Below, one piece after another: positions 16,088 to 24,664 of a stretch of DNA of 50,360 bases (position 1 is the stretch's first letter; each line of letters begins with the position of its first letter). Under the pieces are notes generated by a model, which saw only the letters and a list, made by a program, of their open reading frames with translations, did not search any database and was not told the origin of the DNA. Location of the stretch: positions 1 through 50,360 of IMG/VR virus record IMGVR_UViG_3300044606_000249. One strand, written 5' to 3'. The position numbers were made by a program, and so were the translations under genes. Source of the DNA: a virus (lineage: Duplodnaviria > Caudoviricetes).

Positions 16088-16288
16088 ATGGCCGACTTCG
16101 CCGACATCAGCGCCGCCCGCGAGGAGCTCGACCGCAGCCTCGCACTCAAGGTGCGCGCCCCCGAAGGCCCGATAGCAACGGGCCAGTGCCTGAGCTGCGA
16201 GAAGCCGCTGCCCGATGGGGTGCGCTGGTGCGATGCGGACTGCCGGGATGACTGGCAGCTGGATCAGCGCGCGGGCCGGGTTGCGTAA
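16088..16288 (+). CDS. TraR/DksA-like C4 zinc-finger protein
   Basis: MADFAD.S...CLSC...WCDADC. Confidence 0.7.
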   Translation: MADFADISAAREELDRSLALKVRAPEGPIATGQCLSCEKPLPDGVRWCDADCRDDWQLDQRAGRVA

Positions 16289-18801
16289 TGGCGACGAGCC
16301 TGCAGGACGTTATCGACCAGATGGCGGAGGCCGACATCGTCGGCCTGTCTGCTGTCGATCTGGTGACCGATGGGCGGTATCACCGCTTTCGGCCAGAGAG
16401 CGAGCGCAAGCGCAAGAAGTCGGCCTGGTACATCCTGTTCGAGCACACCACCAAGTCTGGGCGTACGGTGTTCAACGGTGCGTTCGGCAAGGGCCCGGAT
16501 GCCTACAAGGTGCGGATGTCGGACGGCGGGCTTTCGGTGGACGAGCGTGCCGAGCTGCTGAAGGCACGCAAGGATGCCGAGAAGCGCGCGGCTGCCGAGC
16601 GCAAGACAGAGGCCCAGCGCGCTGCCGAGAAGGCGAAGCGGCTGTGGGGCCTGGCGCACGACGAAGGCAAGAGCGCGTATCTCGAGCGTAAGCAGGTCAA
16701 GGCCTATGGGCTGCGGTTCCTGAACGGCTCGGTGCTGGTGCCGGTGCGCAACATCGAGTCGGCCCTGGTCGGCTGTCAGTACATCGACGCCGAAGGCGGC
16801 AAGCGCTTCAACACGGGCATGGAGAAGCAGGGCGCCTTTCATGCGCTGGGCAATGTTGCCGATGCAGACACGATTCTTTTCGGCGAGGGTTACGCGACTT
16901 GCGCGTCCGCTCACCAGGCCACCCGCTGGCCGGTGGTGTGCTGCTTCGATTCGGGCAACCTCGAGCCGGTGGTGGCGGCGTTCCGCAAGCTGTTTCCTGA
17001 CGCCCGCTTTGTGCTGCTGGCCGATGACGACCGTCATCTGCGACGTCGGCTGCGCGAGCGGTTGGAGCGGCTGGGCGTGCCGGGCAAGGTGGAACCAGAT
17101 GGGGTGGAGCACGTGTTCCACCTGCCGCCCGCAGAGGGCGCAGCAGAGGGGATGCAGTTGCGCGTGCGGGCATGGTTCGAGGACCACGCTGGTGGCAAGC
17201 GCATCAGCTTCTCTGTAGGGCGCAATGGCGCAGAGGCCCGCACCTGGCATCTCGAGAATGCCGGTCGTGCTGCCTGCAGCTTGATCGCCAAGAAGCATGG
17301 CTGCCTTGTGGCCGTGCCGAGCTTTGCCGCCGACGATGCTGCCGGCACCGACTTCAACGACGTGCATCTGGCCGAAGGGCTGGGTGTGGTGCGCTCGCAG
17401 ATCCTCAACACCATTGCCGCCTTCGAAGAGGCAGCCAAGCGCGGTAGCGACAAGCCGCCCGCCGACCTGCCGCCGGCGCAGCGATCATCGGGGGTGGGGG
17501 CGTCGTGGAAGGACCGGCTGCTGGTTCGCAAAGGCGAACTGGCGGGGTGTCTGGCCAATGTGATCGAGATCATTCTCAACGACCCGGCGTGGGCTGGCGT
17601 GCTGGCTTACAACGAGTTCTCCCTGCGCATCGAGAAGCGCAAGCCGTTGCCGGCCGGATCTGCCGAGCTGGGCATATGGGGCGACAGCGACGACGTTGCC
17701 ACTGTGTTGTGGCTCACCCAGCACTACGGCATTACCCCGAAGCCGGCCGATGTGGCCCAGGCGGTGGAATACGTGGCCAAGCAGCACCCATGGCATCCGG
17801 TGCGCGAATGGCTGCGAACACTGCGCTGGGACGGTGTGAAGCGCTTGCCTGGCTGGCTTGCACGCTGCTACAGCGTCGAGAGCAATGCCTACACCAAGCG
17901 GGTGGGCACGTGGTTCGTGATGGGCATGGTGGCCCGCGTGATGCGCCCGGGCGTGAAGTTCGACTACTGCCTCATCCTCGAAGGCACGCAGGGGCGCGGC
18001 AAATCGACCTCGCTCGCGGTGCTGGGCGGGCTCTGGTATTCCGACCAAGAGCTTGACCTGCGCAACAAGGACGCCATGGCCCTCCTGCCGGGGGTGTGGC
18101 TGCAGGAGTTTTCGGAGTTGGGCGCGCTGACCCGGCACGAGGCGCATCAGCAAAAGTCCTTCCTGTCGCGCACCGACGACCGCTTCCGGCCCACGTACGG
18201 CCGGCATGTCATGACCGTGCCACGGCAGACCGCGTTCAGCGGGTCGGTGAATGACTGGGAATGGAACAAAGACCCGACGGGTGGCCGGCGCTTCTGGCCG
18301 ATCGAGGTGGGCAACATCGACATCACTTGGCTGCTGCAGGAGCGCGAGCAGCTATTCGCCGAGGCGCTGCACCGCTTTGATGCGGGCGAGCGGTTTCACC
18401 CGACGCAGCAAGAGCAGAAGGAAATCTTCGACCCCGAGCAGTTGAAGCGTGAGGCGCAGGATTCGCTTCAGGACGCGATCGGCGCATGGGTCGAGAAGCG
18501 GCCATCGAACATGGAGTTCAGCAAGGCCGAGGTGATGATGGACGGGCTGAAGATCGAGCCCGGGAAGATGACGCGCGACCTGGATACGCGCGTCGGTATC
18601 GCACTCAAGAAGCTGGGCTGCAAGCGCATAGAAAAGCGCACGAACGCGACCAGTCGCTATTGGTACCTACCCCCCGAGAAGACAACGAACGCGGCACCTG
18701 CGCCCGATCCTGCGGCTTCTGGCAGGGGTGTTACCACGTCGCCAGCCGCTGCGCTGCCGGCGCAGCAGTGGACGGGGGAGGACGACTATGTCGATTTCTG
18801 A
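16288..18801 (+). CDS. Toprim primase fused to VapE/VirE-like SF3 helicase (replication protein)
   Basis: Toprim motifs EGYAT, DSGNL, ADDD and TDFND. Helicase motifs LEGTQGRGKST and DPTGGRRFWPI. Confidence 0.9.
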   Translation: MATSLQDVIDQMAEADIVGLSAVDLVTDGRYHRFRPESERKRKKSAWYILFEHTTKSGRTVFNGAFGKGPDAYKVRMSDGGLSVDERAELLKARKDAEKRAAAERKTEAQRAAEKAKRLWGLAHDEGKSAYLERKQVKAYGLRFLNGSVLVPVRNIESALVGCQYIDAEGGKRFNTGMEKQGAFHALGNVADADTILFGEGYATCASAHQATRWPVVCCFDSGNLEPVVAAFRKLFPDARFVLLADDDRHLRRRLRERLERLGVPGKVEPDGVEHVFHLPPAEGAAEGMQLRVRAWFEDHAGGKRISFSVGRNGAEARTWHLENAGRAACSLIAKKHGCLVAVPSFAADDAAGTDFNDVHLAEGLGVVRSQILNTIAAFEEAAKRGSDKPPADLPPAQRSSGVGASWKDRLLVRKGELAGCLANVIEIILNDPAWAGVLAYNEFSLRIEKRKPLPAGSAELGIWGDSDDVATVLWLTQHYGITPKPADVAQAVEYVAKQHPWHPVREWLRTLRWDGVKRLPGWLARCYSVESNAYTKRVGTWFVMGMVARVMRPGVKFDYCLILEGTQGRGKSTSLAVLGGLWYSDQELDLRNKDAMALLPGVWLQEFSELGALTRHEAHQQKSFLSRTDDRFRPTYGRHVMTVPRQTAFSGSVNDWEWNKDPTGGRRFWPIEVGNIDITWLLQEREQLFAEALHRFDAGERFHPTQQEQKEIFDPEQLKREAQDSLQDAIGAWVEKRPSNMEFSKAEVMMDGLKIEPGKMTRDLDTRVGIALKKLGCKRIEKRTNATSRYWYLPPEKTTNAAPAPDPAASGRGVTTSPAAALPAQQWTGEDDYVDF

Positions 18802-18815
18802 CCGCGCAATGCCAG

Positions 18816-19100
18816 AGGTTAGGAAGGTTGGGAGCAGGTTGGGAAGCATGAAACCCGCGTCATTACTGGATGTTCCTAACCTTCCCAACCTTCCTAACCT
18901 GTTTTCAAACTCCATGCGGGCGCGCGCGTACATGTGCATGCATGCAGGCGAGCGGGCGCACACACTCACGCGCTCGCGCGCGCATTACGGTTTAGAAACT
19001 AGGTTGGGAAGGTTGGGAAGGTTAGGAACCACCAGCAGCGGCAAGGGGTTTGAGCTTCCCAACATGTTCCCAACCTCCGTTTTCGTGAAGGAGGTTGGGA
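18816..19100. repeat. Iteron array (AGGTTRGGA x12), putative replication origin
   Basis: Forward copies at 18816, 18825, 18836, 19001, 19010, 19019 and 19092. Reverse copies at 18874, 18883, 18892, 19057 (1 mismatch) and 19068. Immediately downstream of the primase. Confidence 0.8.
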
Positions 19101-19102
19101 AC

Positions 19103-19384
19103 ATGGAAGGTCTTGTCATCCGTCTGCGGGCCTTGGTGCGCCGCGTGATCCCGATCCTGCGTGCCGATGGCTGGGATGAGGCCGACCTGCGCGCCATCAG
19201 CCCCGCCATCAAGGCCGCCGTTGCGTCACAGGACGAACCGCAGCTGCGCGGGTTGTGCGCATGGCTGTCGGGGAAACTGCCGGCGCATCACCCCGGGCAG
19301 GGTGCAGTGCCCGTGTTGTCGTTCGAGGCCGAGAAGCGCCTGGCCGATCTGTGGTGGAAGCGTGAGCAGGAGGGCAAGGCGTGA
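19103..19384 (+). CDS. Hypothetical phage protein
   Basis: AAGGAGG RBS overlapping the last iteron. Starts MEGLVIRLRAL. Confidence 0.65.
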   Translation: MEGLVIRLRALVRRVIPILRADGWDEADLRAISPAIKAAVASQDEPQLRGLCAWLSGKLPAHHPGQGAVPVLSFEAEKRLADLWWKREQEGKA

Positions 19385-20106
19385 TCCGCATCGATGTATC
19401 CGACAACATCAGAGAGGTGACACGCGGCCTCGACGACCTGGCGCGCAGGCAGGTTCCGTTCGCTACTGCTCAAGCGCTGACCGATACAGCAAAGGGCGTG
19501 CAGGCTGCGCTGCAGAAAGAAATCAAGAGCGTGTTCGATCGCCCCACGCCGTGGATTCAGCGCAGCCCGGTAATCGAACGCGCGACTAAAAGCAGCCTGA
19601 CCGCCACTGTCGGCATCAGAGACAAAGGCGAGCGCGCAACGCCAGCCAAATATCTGAAAGAGCACTTCACTGGCGGGGCGCGTGGCAACAAGCCGATGGA
19701 AGTTGCGATGAGGTCAATGGGAATCCTCGCTCCGGGCTGGCTTGTGGTGCCATCAGAAGATGGCGTCAAGAAAGATGTCTTTGGCAACGTCAGTCCTGCC
19801 ACCGTCAAACGCATCATTCGTGAGTTGCAGGGCGGCCGCAAGCGACAAGACAAAGGCGCCGCCTACAGGCTTTTCATTGTCCGCCCTGGGCAGTCAAGCC
19901 GCCGCGATCGCCATCTTGCGCCGGGGATATGGTCTGTGGCGCGTGTTGGTGATCAGTCCGTCATCAAGCCGGTTTTCTTCTTCGTGGCTCGAGCCACATA
20001 TCGAAAGGTGATTGACCTTCCGCGCATCGCGGAAGAGGTCGTCAAGCGAGACTTTGCAGGCAACTTCAAGGCCGCGCTGGACGGTGCGCTGAGGACTTCG
20101 CGATGA
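19381..20106 (+). CDS. Basic phage protein, possibly a gpZ-like tail completion protein
   Basis: N-terminal LDDLARRQVPFATAQALTDTA resembles lambda gpZ-type N-termini. Long ORF with coupled overlaps. Confidence 0.5.
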   Translation: MIRIDVSDNIREVTRGLDDLARRQVPFATAQALTDTAKGVQAALQKEIKSVFDRPTPWIQRSPVIERATKSSLTATVGIRDKGERATPAKYLKEHFTGGARGNKPMEVAMRSMGILAPGWLVVPSEDGVKKDVFGNVSPATVKRIIRELQGGRKRQDKGAAYRLFIVRPGQSSRRDRHLAPGIWSVARVGDQSVIKPVFFFVARATYRKVIDLPRIAEEVVKRDFAGNFKAALDGALRTSR

Positions 20107-20699
20107 GTGAAGAGCAAAAGGTTTGCACCAAGTGCGGCGTAGAAAAGACGCTGTCTGAGTTCCGCATGAAGAAACGCAGAACAGGCCTTTTCCCATCTTC
20201 AAAGTGCAAGGGCTGCACCCGCCAAGAGCAGCGCGAAGCATGGGTAAAGAGCGGAAAGCCGCGCTTGGGCTGGAGCAAGGTTCCATTCGATCAATGGACG
20301 CCGGAGATGCGTGAGGCGCACCGCAAGTCAAAAGAAAAGCAACGCCGGAAATCAGGGGCAAAAACGCGAGATGAAATAGCAGAAGAGAAGCGAAAGCGCC
20401 AGGAACTTAAAGAGGCCGAGCGCGCCCGCATAGCGGAGGAGCGCGCCGCGAAAAAAAAGATGCCGGCAGGTATGTCTGCCGCCGAGAGGTTTAGATGGCG
20501 CTATCGCAATGACCCCGAGTTCCGTGAGAAGCAAAAAACAAGAACGATCCAATCGAAGCGCCGCGTGCCGCTGTGGTACGCAAATCAGCAGCTAGGAGGC
20601 ACGTCCGACAGACGTTACCCGACGCCGTTGTTGCTTGCGAAGCAGATGCAGTTACGAATTCGTCACCAACTGAAGGAGCAAGGCCATGAAGAACATTGA
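20103..20699 (+). CDS. Basic Zn-finger protein (HNH-associated type N-terminus)
   Basis: KVCTKCGVEK.LSEF...CKGC, Lys/Arg-rich. No HNH core visible. Confidence 0.7.
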   Translation: MSEEQKVCTKCGVEKTLSEFRMKKRRTGLFPSSKCKGCTRQEQREAWVKSGKPRLGWSKVPFDQWTPEMREAHRKSKEKQRRKSGAKTRDEIAEEKRKRQELKEAERARIAEERAAKKKMPAGMSAAERFRWRYRNDPEFREKQKTRTIQSKRRVPLWYANQQLGGTSDRRYPTPLLLAKQMQLRIRHQLKEQGHEEH

Positions 20700-20886
20700 A
20701 GAACTCCGCAATAACCTGTCGTCCCTTTTCGACCAGATCAAGACCGGGGAAATGGATGTCAAAGCCGCAGCCGAGATGAACAACACCGCCGGCAAGATCA
20801 TCAGCACGCTCAAGGTGCAACTCGACTATGCGGCACTGCGCAAGGAATCGCCGCAGATCGGCTATCTGGACGTGGATGACAAGTAA
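20686..20886 (+). CDS. Hypothetical phage protein
   Basis: AAGGAG RBS. MKNIEELRNNL...AGKIISTLKVQLDY. Confidence 0.75.
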   Translation: MKNIEELRNNLSSLFDQIKTGEMDVKAAAEMNNTAGKIISTLKVQLDYAALRKESPQIGYLDVDDK

Positions 20887-20935
20887 TCGCGCAAAGCAGG
20901 GCAGGACGATAGAGCACCTTGGTCCTGATCAATCA

Positions 20936-20978
20936 GGGTCCTTCTGGGGCCTGTTAACCGAGGGTAAGCGCGACCTCG
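20936..20978 (+). other. cos: cos site (cosQ + cosN-like)
   Basis: GGGTCCT (identical to lambda cosQ) at 20936-20942. Then a CGAGG-N10-CCTCG dyad containing ...GCGACCT like lambda cosN. Directly upstream of terS. Confidence 0.75.
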
Positions 20979-21016
20979 ATCTTTCTCTAGTCACGGGTCT
21001 TTTGTAAGGGGGTTAT

Positions 21017-21568
21017 GTGGTTGATCTTTCAGCACAATTCAAGCAGTCGGAGTTTGGCGAACTGGTTGGCGTATCGCAGCCGGCGGTGTCGGATCTGCTC
21101 GCCCGTGGCGTGCTGACCGAGGGGGAGAGTGGCGGCGTGTGGCTGAAGCAGTACTGCCGCCACCTGCGCGAGATCGCTGCTGGCCGAGCGACGAATGGCG
21201 ACCTCGATCTGGCGACCGAGCGCGCCCGCCTGGCGAAGGAGCAGGCCGACAAGATCGCCATGCACAACGCGGTGACGCGCGGCGAACTGGCCCCGGTGGC
21301 GGCGATGGAAGCAGTGCTCGCCACGGTCGGTGCCAAGATCGGGAAGATCCTCGACACCATCCCCGGCCTTGTGCACCGCCGCGTGCCAGGCATTGGTGCT
21401 GACGTGATCGAGCACATCGCCGCCGACATCGCGAAGTGCCGTAACAAGGCGGCATCGATGTCGCTTGCCAGCCTCGAGGATGAAGACGAGGCCGAGCAGC
21501 AGGAGGACGCCGAGCGCCTCGAACAGGCCGAGCCCGCCGAGTTCTCCCCACGGGAAACCGAGGTCTGA
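21017..21568 (+). CDS. terS: Terminase small subunit (Nu1-like)
   Basis: N-terminal HTH QSEFGELVGVSQPAVS. ERARLAKEQADK..M.N....GEL. Confidence 0.85.
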   Translation: MVDLSAQFKQSEFGELVGVSQPAVSDLLARGVLTEGESGGVWLKQYCRHLREIAAGRATNGDLDLATERARLAKEQADKIAMHNAVTRGELAPVAAMEAVLATVGAKIGKILDTIPGLVHRRVPGIGADVIEHIAADIAKCRNKAASMSLASLEDEDEAEQQEDAERLEQAEPAEFSPRETEV

Positions 21569-21930
21569 TGATGATCGGCAGCAAAAAAAGCCTGATTGAA
21601 GGTCCCTGCCCAGAGTGCGGAAGCAAGGAATGGAAAATTGGAAAGCTGATCGATTCGGGCGGGTCGGTGCGCTACCCGTGGTTTTGTGGGCTTTGCGGAG
21701 CACGGTCACAGCTTTACGTGAAGAAAAAGGAAGTGCTCGACAGCTTGGTGCCGCTTATAGCGGACCTCCGTCAGCACTCATGCGAGGTCTGCGGCAACTT
21801 TGGCGCACAGCTTCACCATTGGGCACCGCGCAGCATTTTTGAGGATGCGGAAGTATGGCCGAAAGGATATCTGTGCCAGCCGTGCCACTCCAGATGGCAC
21901 TCAGTCATGGACAAGGCGAGAAAGCCATGA
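21568..21930 (+). CDS. Zn-binding HNH-like endonuclease
   Basis: CPEC, CGLC, CEVC, QLHHW and LCQPCHSRWH motifs. Lower GC. Confidence 0.65.
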   Translation: MMIGSKKSLIEGPCPECGSKEWKIGKLIDSGGSVRYPWFCGLCGARSQLYVKKKEVLDSLVPLIADLRQHSCEVCGNFGAQLHHWAPRSIFEDAEVWPKGYLCQPCHSRWHSVMDKARKP

Positions 21931-21997
21931 CACACGATCACCGGTGTCACCGCTCAAATGCGGGATTTTCCCGTATTTACATCAGGAATCTCCCCGC

Positions 21998-24067
21998 ATG
22001 AGCGACCTGTCGCAGATCCAGCTCGTGATGGCAGACGCTCGGACGCAGATCGAGCGAGCGCTCGCGCGGGGTCTGAAGGCATGGGGAAAGCCCGAGCCGC
22101 TGTCGCTCGAGGAATGGTCGCGCAAGCATTTCTACCTGTCGGCGGAATCCAGCTACGTCGAGAAGGAATGGACGCCGTGGCCGTTCCAGCGGGCGATCAT
22201 GGCCTGCATGTCGAACGACGACATCTTCGAGGTCACGTTCAAGAAGTCGGCGCGGGTGGGCTACACCAAGATGCTGCTGGCCTTCCTGCTCTACAACGCG
22301 CACCACCGCCGCCGCAACCAGATCCTGTGGCAGCCGACCGACGAGGACCGCGACGAGTTCGTGAAGACCGAGCTCGAGCCGGCGCTGCGCGACGTGGATG
22401 TGATGCGCGACGTGCTGCCGAGCGTGCATTCGCGCAGCAAGGACAACACGCTGCAGGCCAAGAAGTTCGTCGGCTCGATTCTGCACACCAAGGGCGGCAA
22501 GGCCGCGAAGAACTACCGCCGCGTCTCCACCGACGTGGCTGTGTGGGACGAACTATCCGCCTTCGATAACGACATCGAGAAGGAGGGCGACCCTTTCACC
22601 ATCGGGAGCAAGCGCGTGGAAGGCGCGACTTTCCCGAAGTGCATCGACGGCAGCACGCCAAAGCAGAAGGGCGTGTGTCTGATTGACGCCCGCTACACCG
22701 TCGCCGACGAGCGCATGACCTATCAGGTGCCATGCCCGCACTGCGGCGAACGTCACGCCATCACCTGGGGCGGCAAGGACGAGCCGCACGGCTTCAAGTG
22801 GGACCGCGAAACGCGCAGCCCGGAAAGCGTGCGCCACCTGTGTCCGCACTGCGGGGTGCTCATCAGCCAGGCCGAGTATCTGGCGGTCGAAGGGCAGGGC
22901 GTCTGGATCAACGAGGACGGCACGCTGTGGCTGCATTTCGACGGCAGCTTCACCCGGCCAGACGGCACGCCTGCAGAGGCGCCGCGCCACATCGCATTCC
23001 ACATCTGGACCGCGTACAGCCCAGCGGTGCAATGGTCGCAGATCATGCGCGAGTTCTTCGCTGCGCTCGAGGCGATGGAGCGCGGCGACGACGCCAAGAT
23101 GAAGGCATGGGTGAACACCACCAGGGGCGAGACCTGGGAAGGAGAGATCGAGCGCACCGATGCCGACGAGCTCAAGCAGCGCGCCGAGCCATTCAAGCTC
23201 AAGATCCTTCCGCGCGACTGCCTGCTCCTGCTGTGCGGCGGTGACACCCAAGGCAACCGCATCGAAGCGCAGGTGTGGGGGTACGGCATCGGCGGGCAGA
23301 TGTGGACCATCGACCACCGCGTGTTCTTCGGCAATCCCGCGCAGGAAGAGGTGTGGGCTGAACTGGAAGAGTTCCTGTTCGGCGAGACTTACCAGCACGC
23401 CAGTGGCACAACGCAGCGCATCTACGCCACTGCCATCGACTCCGGCGGCCATCACGCAGATGCCGTCTATGCCTTCGCTCACAAGCACAAAGGCCGGCGC
23501 GTGCATGCCATCAAGGGCTCGTCGGGCGCCGAACGCTCGATCGAGAACGGCAACTCCAAGGTCAGCTTCAATTGGCGCGGCAAGCGTGAGAAGAGCGGCG
23601 CCACGCTGTGGCTGGTCGGCACGCACTTGGCCAAGGACCGCTTCGCCGCCCGCCTCGAGGTATCACAGCCCGGCCCCGGCTACGTGCATCTGTCGTCTGA
23701 GAACACCGATGAATGGTTCCGTCAGCTCGCCGCGGAAGACCGCGTCACTGTACGCAGCCAGTACGGCACGCAAACTCGCTGGGTGCCCAATCGCAAGCGC
23801 AACGAGGTCATCGACATGACCGCCTACACGATCTGGCTGGAAGAGCGGCTGGATCTGTGGGCGCCGAAGAAGCGCAAGTGGTGGGAAGAACTCGAGCAGC
23901 AGGTGCAGCCCGCGGTAGGCGATCTGTTCAGCCAGCCGGAGCAGGCCACAGCCCGCGTTTCCACCCCCACCCCACCCATCCAAGACACCCCGCGCGCCGC
24001 GCCTCCTCAGAAGCCCGTGGCACACAACGACGACGCGCTTTTCTCTCCCATCGCCCTCACGAGATAA
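21998..24067 (+). CDS. terL: Terminase large subunit (GpA family)
   Basis: KSARVGYTK Walker A, VWDE Walker B, STP, CPHC, IDSGG, RNEVID. Confidence 0.95.
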   Translation: MSDLSQIQLVMADARTQIERALARGLKAWGKPEPLSLEEWSRKHFYLSAESSYVEKEWTPWPFQRAIMACMSNDDIFEVTFKKSARVGYTKMLLAFLLYNAHHRRRNQILWQPTDEDRDEFVKTELEPALRDVDVMRDVLPSVHSRSKDNTLQAKKFVGSILHTKGGKAAKNYRRVSTDVAVWDELSAFDNDIEKEGDPFTIGSKRVEGATFPKCIDGSTPKQKGVCLIDARYTVADERMTYQVPCPHCGERHAITWGGKDEPHGFKWDRETRSPESVRHLCPHCGVLISQAEYLAVEGQGVWINEDGTLWLHFDGSFTRPDGTPAEAPRHIAFHIWTAYSPAVQWSQIMREFFAALEAMERGDDAKMKAWVNTTRGETWEGEIERTDADELKQRAEPFKLKILPRDCLLLLCGGDTQGNRIEAQVWGYGIGGQMWTIDHRVFFGNPAQEEVWAELEEFLFGETYQHASGTTQRIYATAIDSGGHHADAVYAFAHKHKGRRVHAIKGSSGAERSIENGNSKVSFNWRGKREKSGATLWLVGTHLAKDRFAARLEVSQPGPGYVHLSSENTDEWFRQLAAEDRVTVRSQYGTQTRWVPNRKRNEVIDMTAYTIWLEERLDLWAPKKRKWWEELEQQVQPAVGDLFSQPEQATARVSTPTPPIQDTPRAAPPQKPVAHNDDALFSPIALTR

Positions 24068-24071
24068 CACC

Positions 24072-24359
24072 ATGACCACACCGATCAGCGATGACCCCAT
24101 CGACATCATCGAGCAAGAGGCCGCCGCCGTTGCGCACTGCTTTGGCGTTCAGGCTGCGGGCGATCTGGCGGCGACGCTCATCGACCGGATTACACAACGC
24201 TTGGCCGGCCAGTACCTCTACTTCGCTCGCGAACGCGCCAGCGCCCGGCGTGCGCGGTGCGATGAGATCCGCGCGGCATTCACCGGCTGCAACTCGGCAG
24301 AGCTTGCGCGCCGGTTCGGCGTCTCTGTCCGCTACGTCCGAAAGATCGTGAATGGGTGA
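24072..24359 (+). CDS. Mor/C-family transcription activator (late activator)
   Basis: LAGQYLYF...R...IRAAFTG.N..ELARRFGVSVRYVRKIV. Confidence 0.8.
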   Translation: MTTPISDDPIDIIEQEAAAVAHCFGVQAAGDLAATLIDRITQRLAGQYLYFARERASARRARCDEIRAAFTGCNSAELARRFGVSVRYVRKIVNG

Positions 24360-24361
24360 TG

Positions 24362-24401
24362 GCGGAACAATTTAGTGAACAGTTCCCCTGAACTGTTCCG
24401 C
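24362..24401 (+). promoter_or_regulatory. 40-bp late-promoter box, copy 1 (identical to 32902-32941)
   Basis: GCGGAACAATTTAGTGAACAGTTCCCCTGAACTGTTCCGC, followed by CCCGGCAA(C/T)CT in both copies. Confidence 0.75.
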
Positions 24402-24427
24402 CGCATCCCGGCAACCTCCGAGGGCAT

Positions 24428-24664
24428 ATGGATGCCCTCGAAACCCTCCCGCTTGAGACGCTGCAGCAGATGCTGGCCGAGGCCATCACGGCGCGGCATC
24501 GGCTCGTCACTCAGCCGACCAGCGCGTCGAGCAACAACCGCTCGATCACCTACGCGCAGCGGGTAGCAGACGCTGACCGGTACATCGCCCGGCTTCAGTC
24601 GGCGATCGACGCCAAGAGTGGTCGCTCGGTCGCAGGGCCGATCTACCTCACAGGGGGTCGATGA
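24428..24664 (+). CDS. gpW-like head-tail joining protein
   Basis: 78 aa before the portal. L.EA..ARH.L......RSITY....A.RYIARL pattern. Confidence 0.75.
   Translation: MDALETLPLETLQQMLAEAITARHRLVTQPTSASSNNRSITYAQRVADADRYIARLQSAIDAKSGRSVAGPIYLTGGR

Noticed and set aside
18816-19100. CRISPR-like array
   Set aside because: The repeats are 9-mers in mixed orientation without unique regular spacers, and there are no cas genes.
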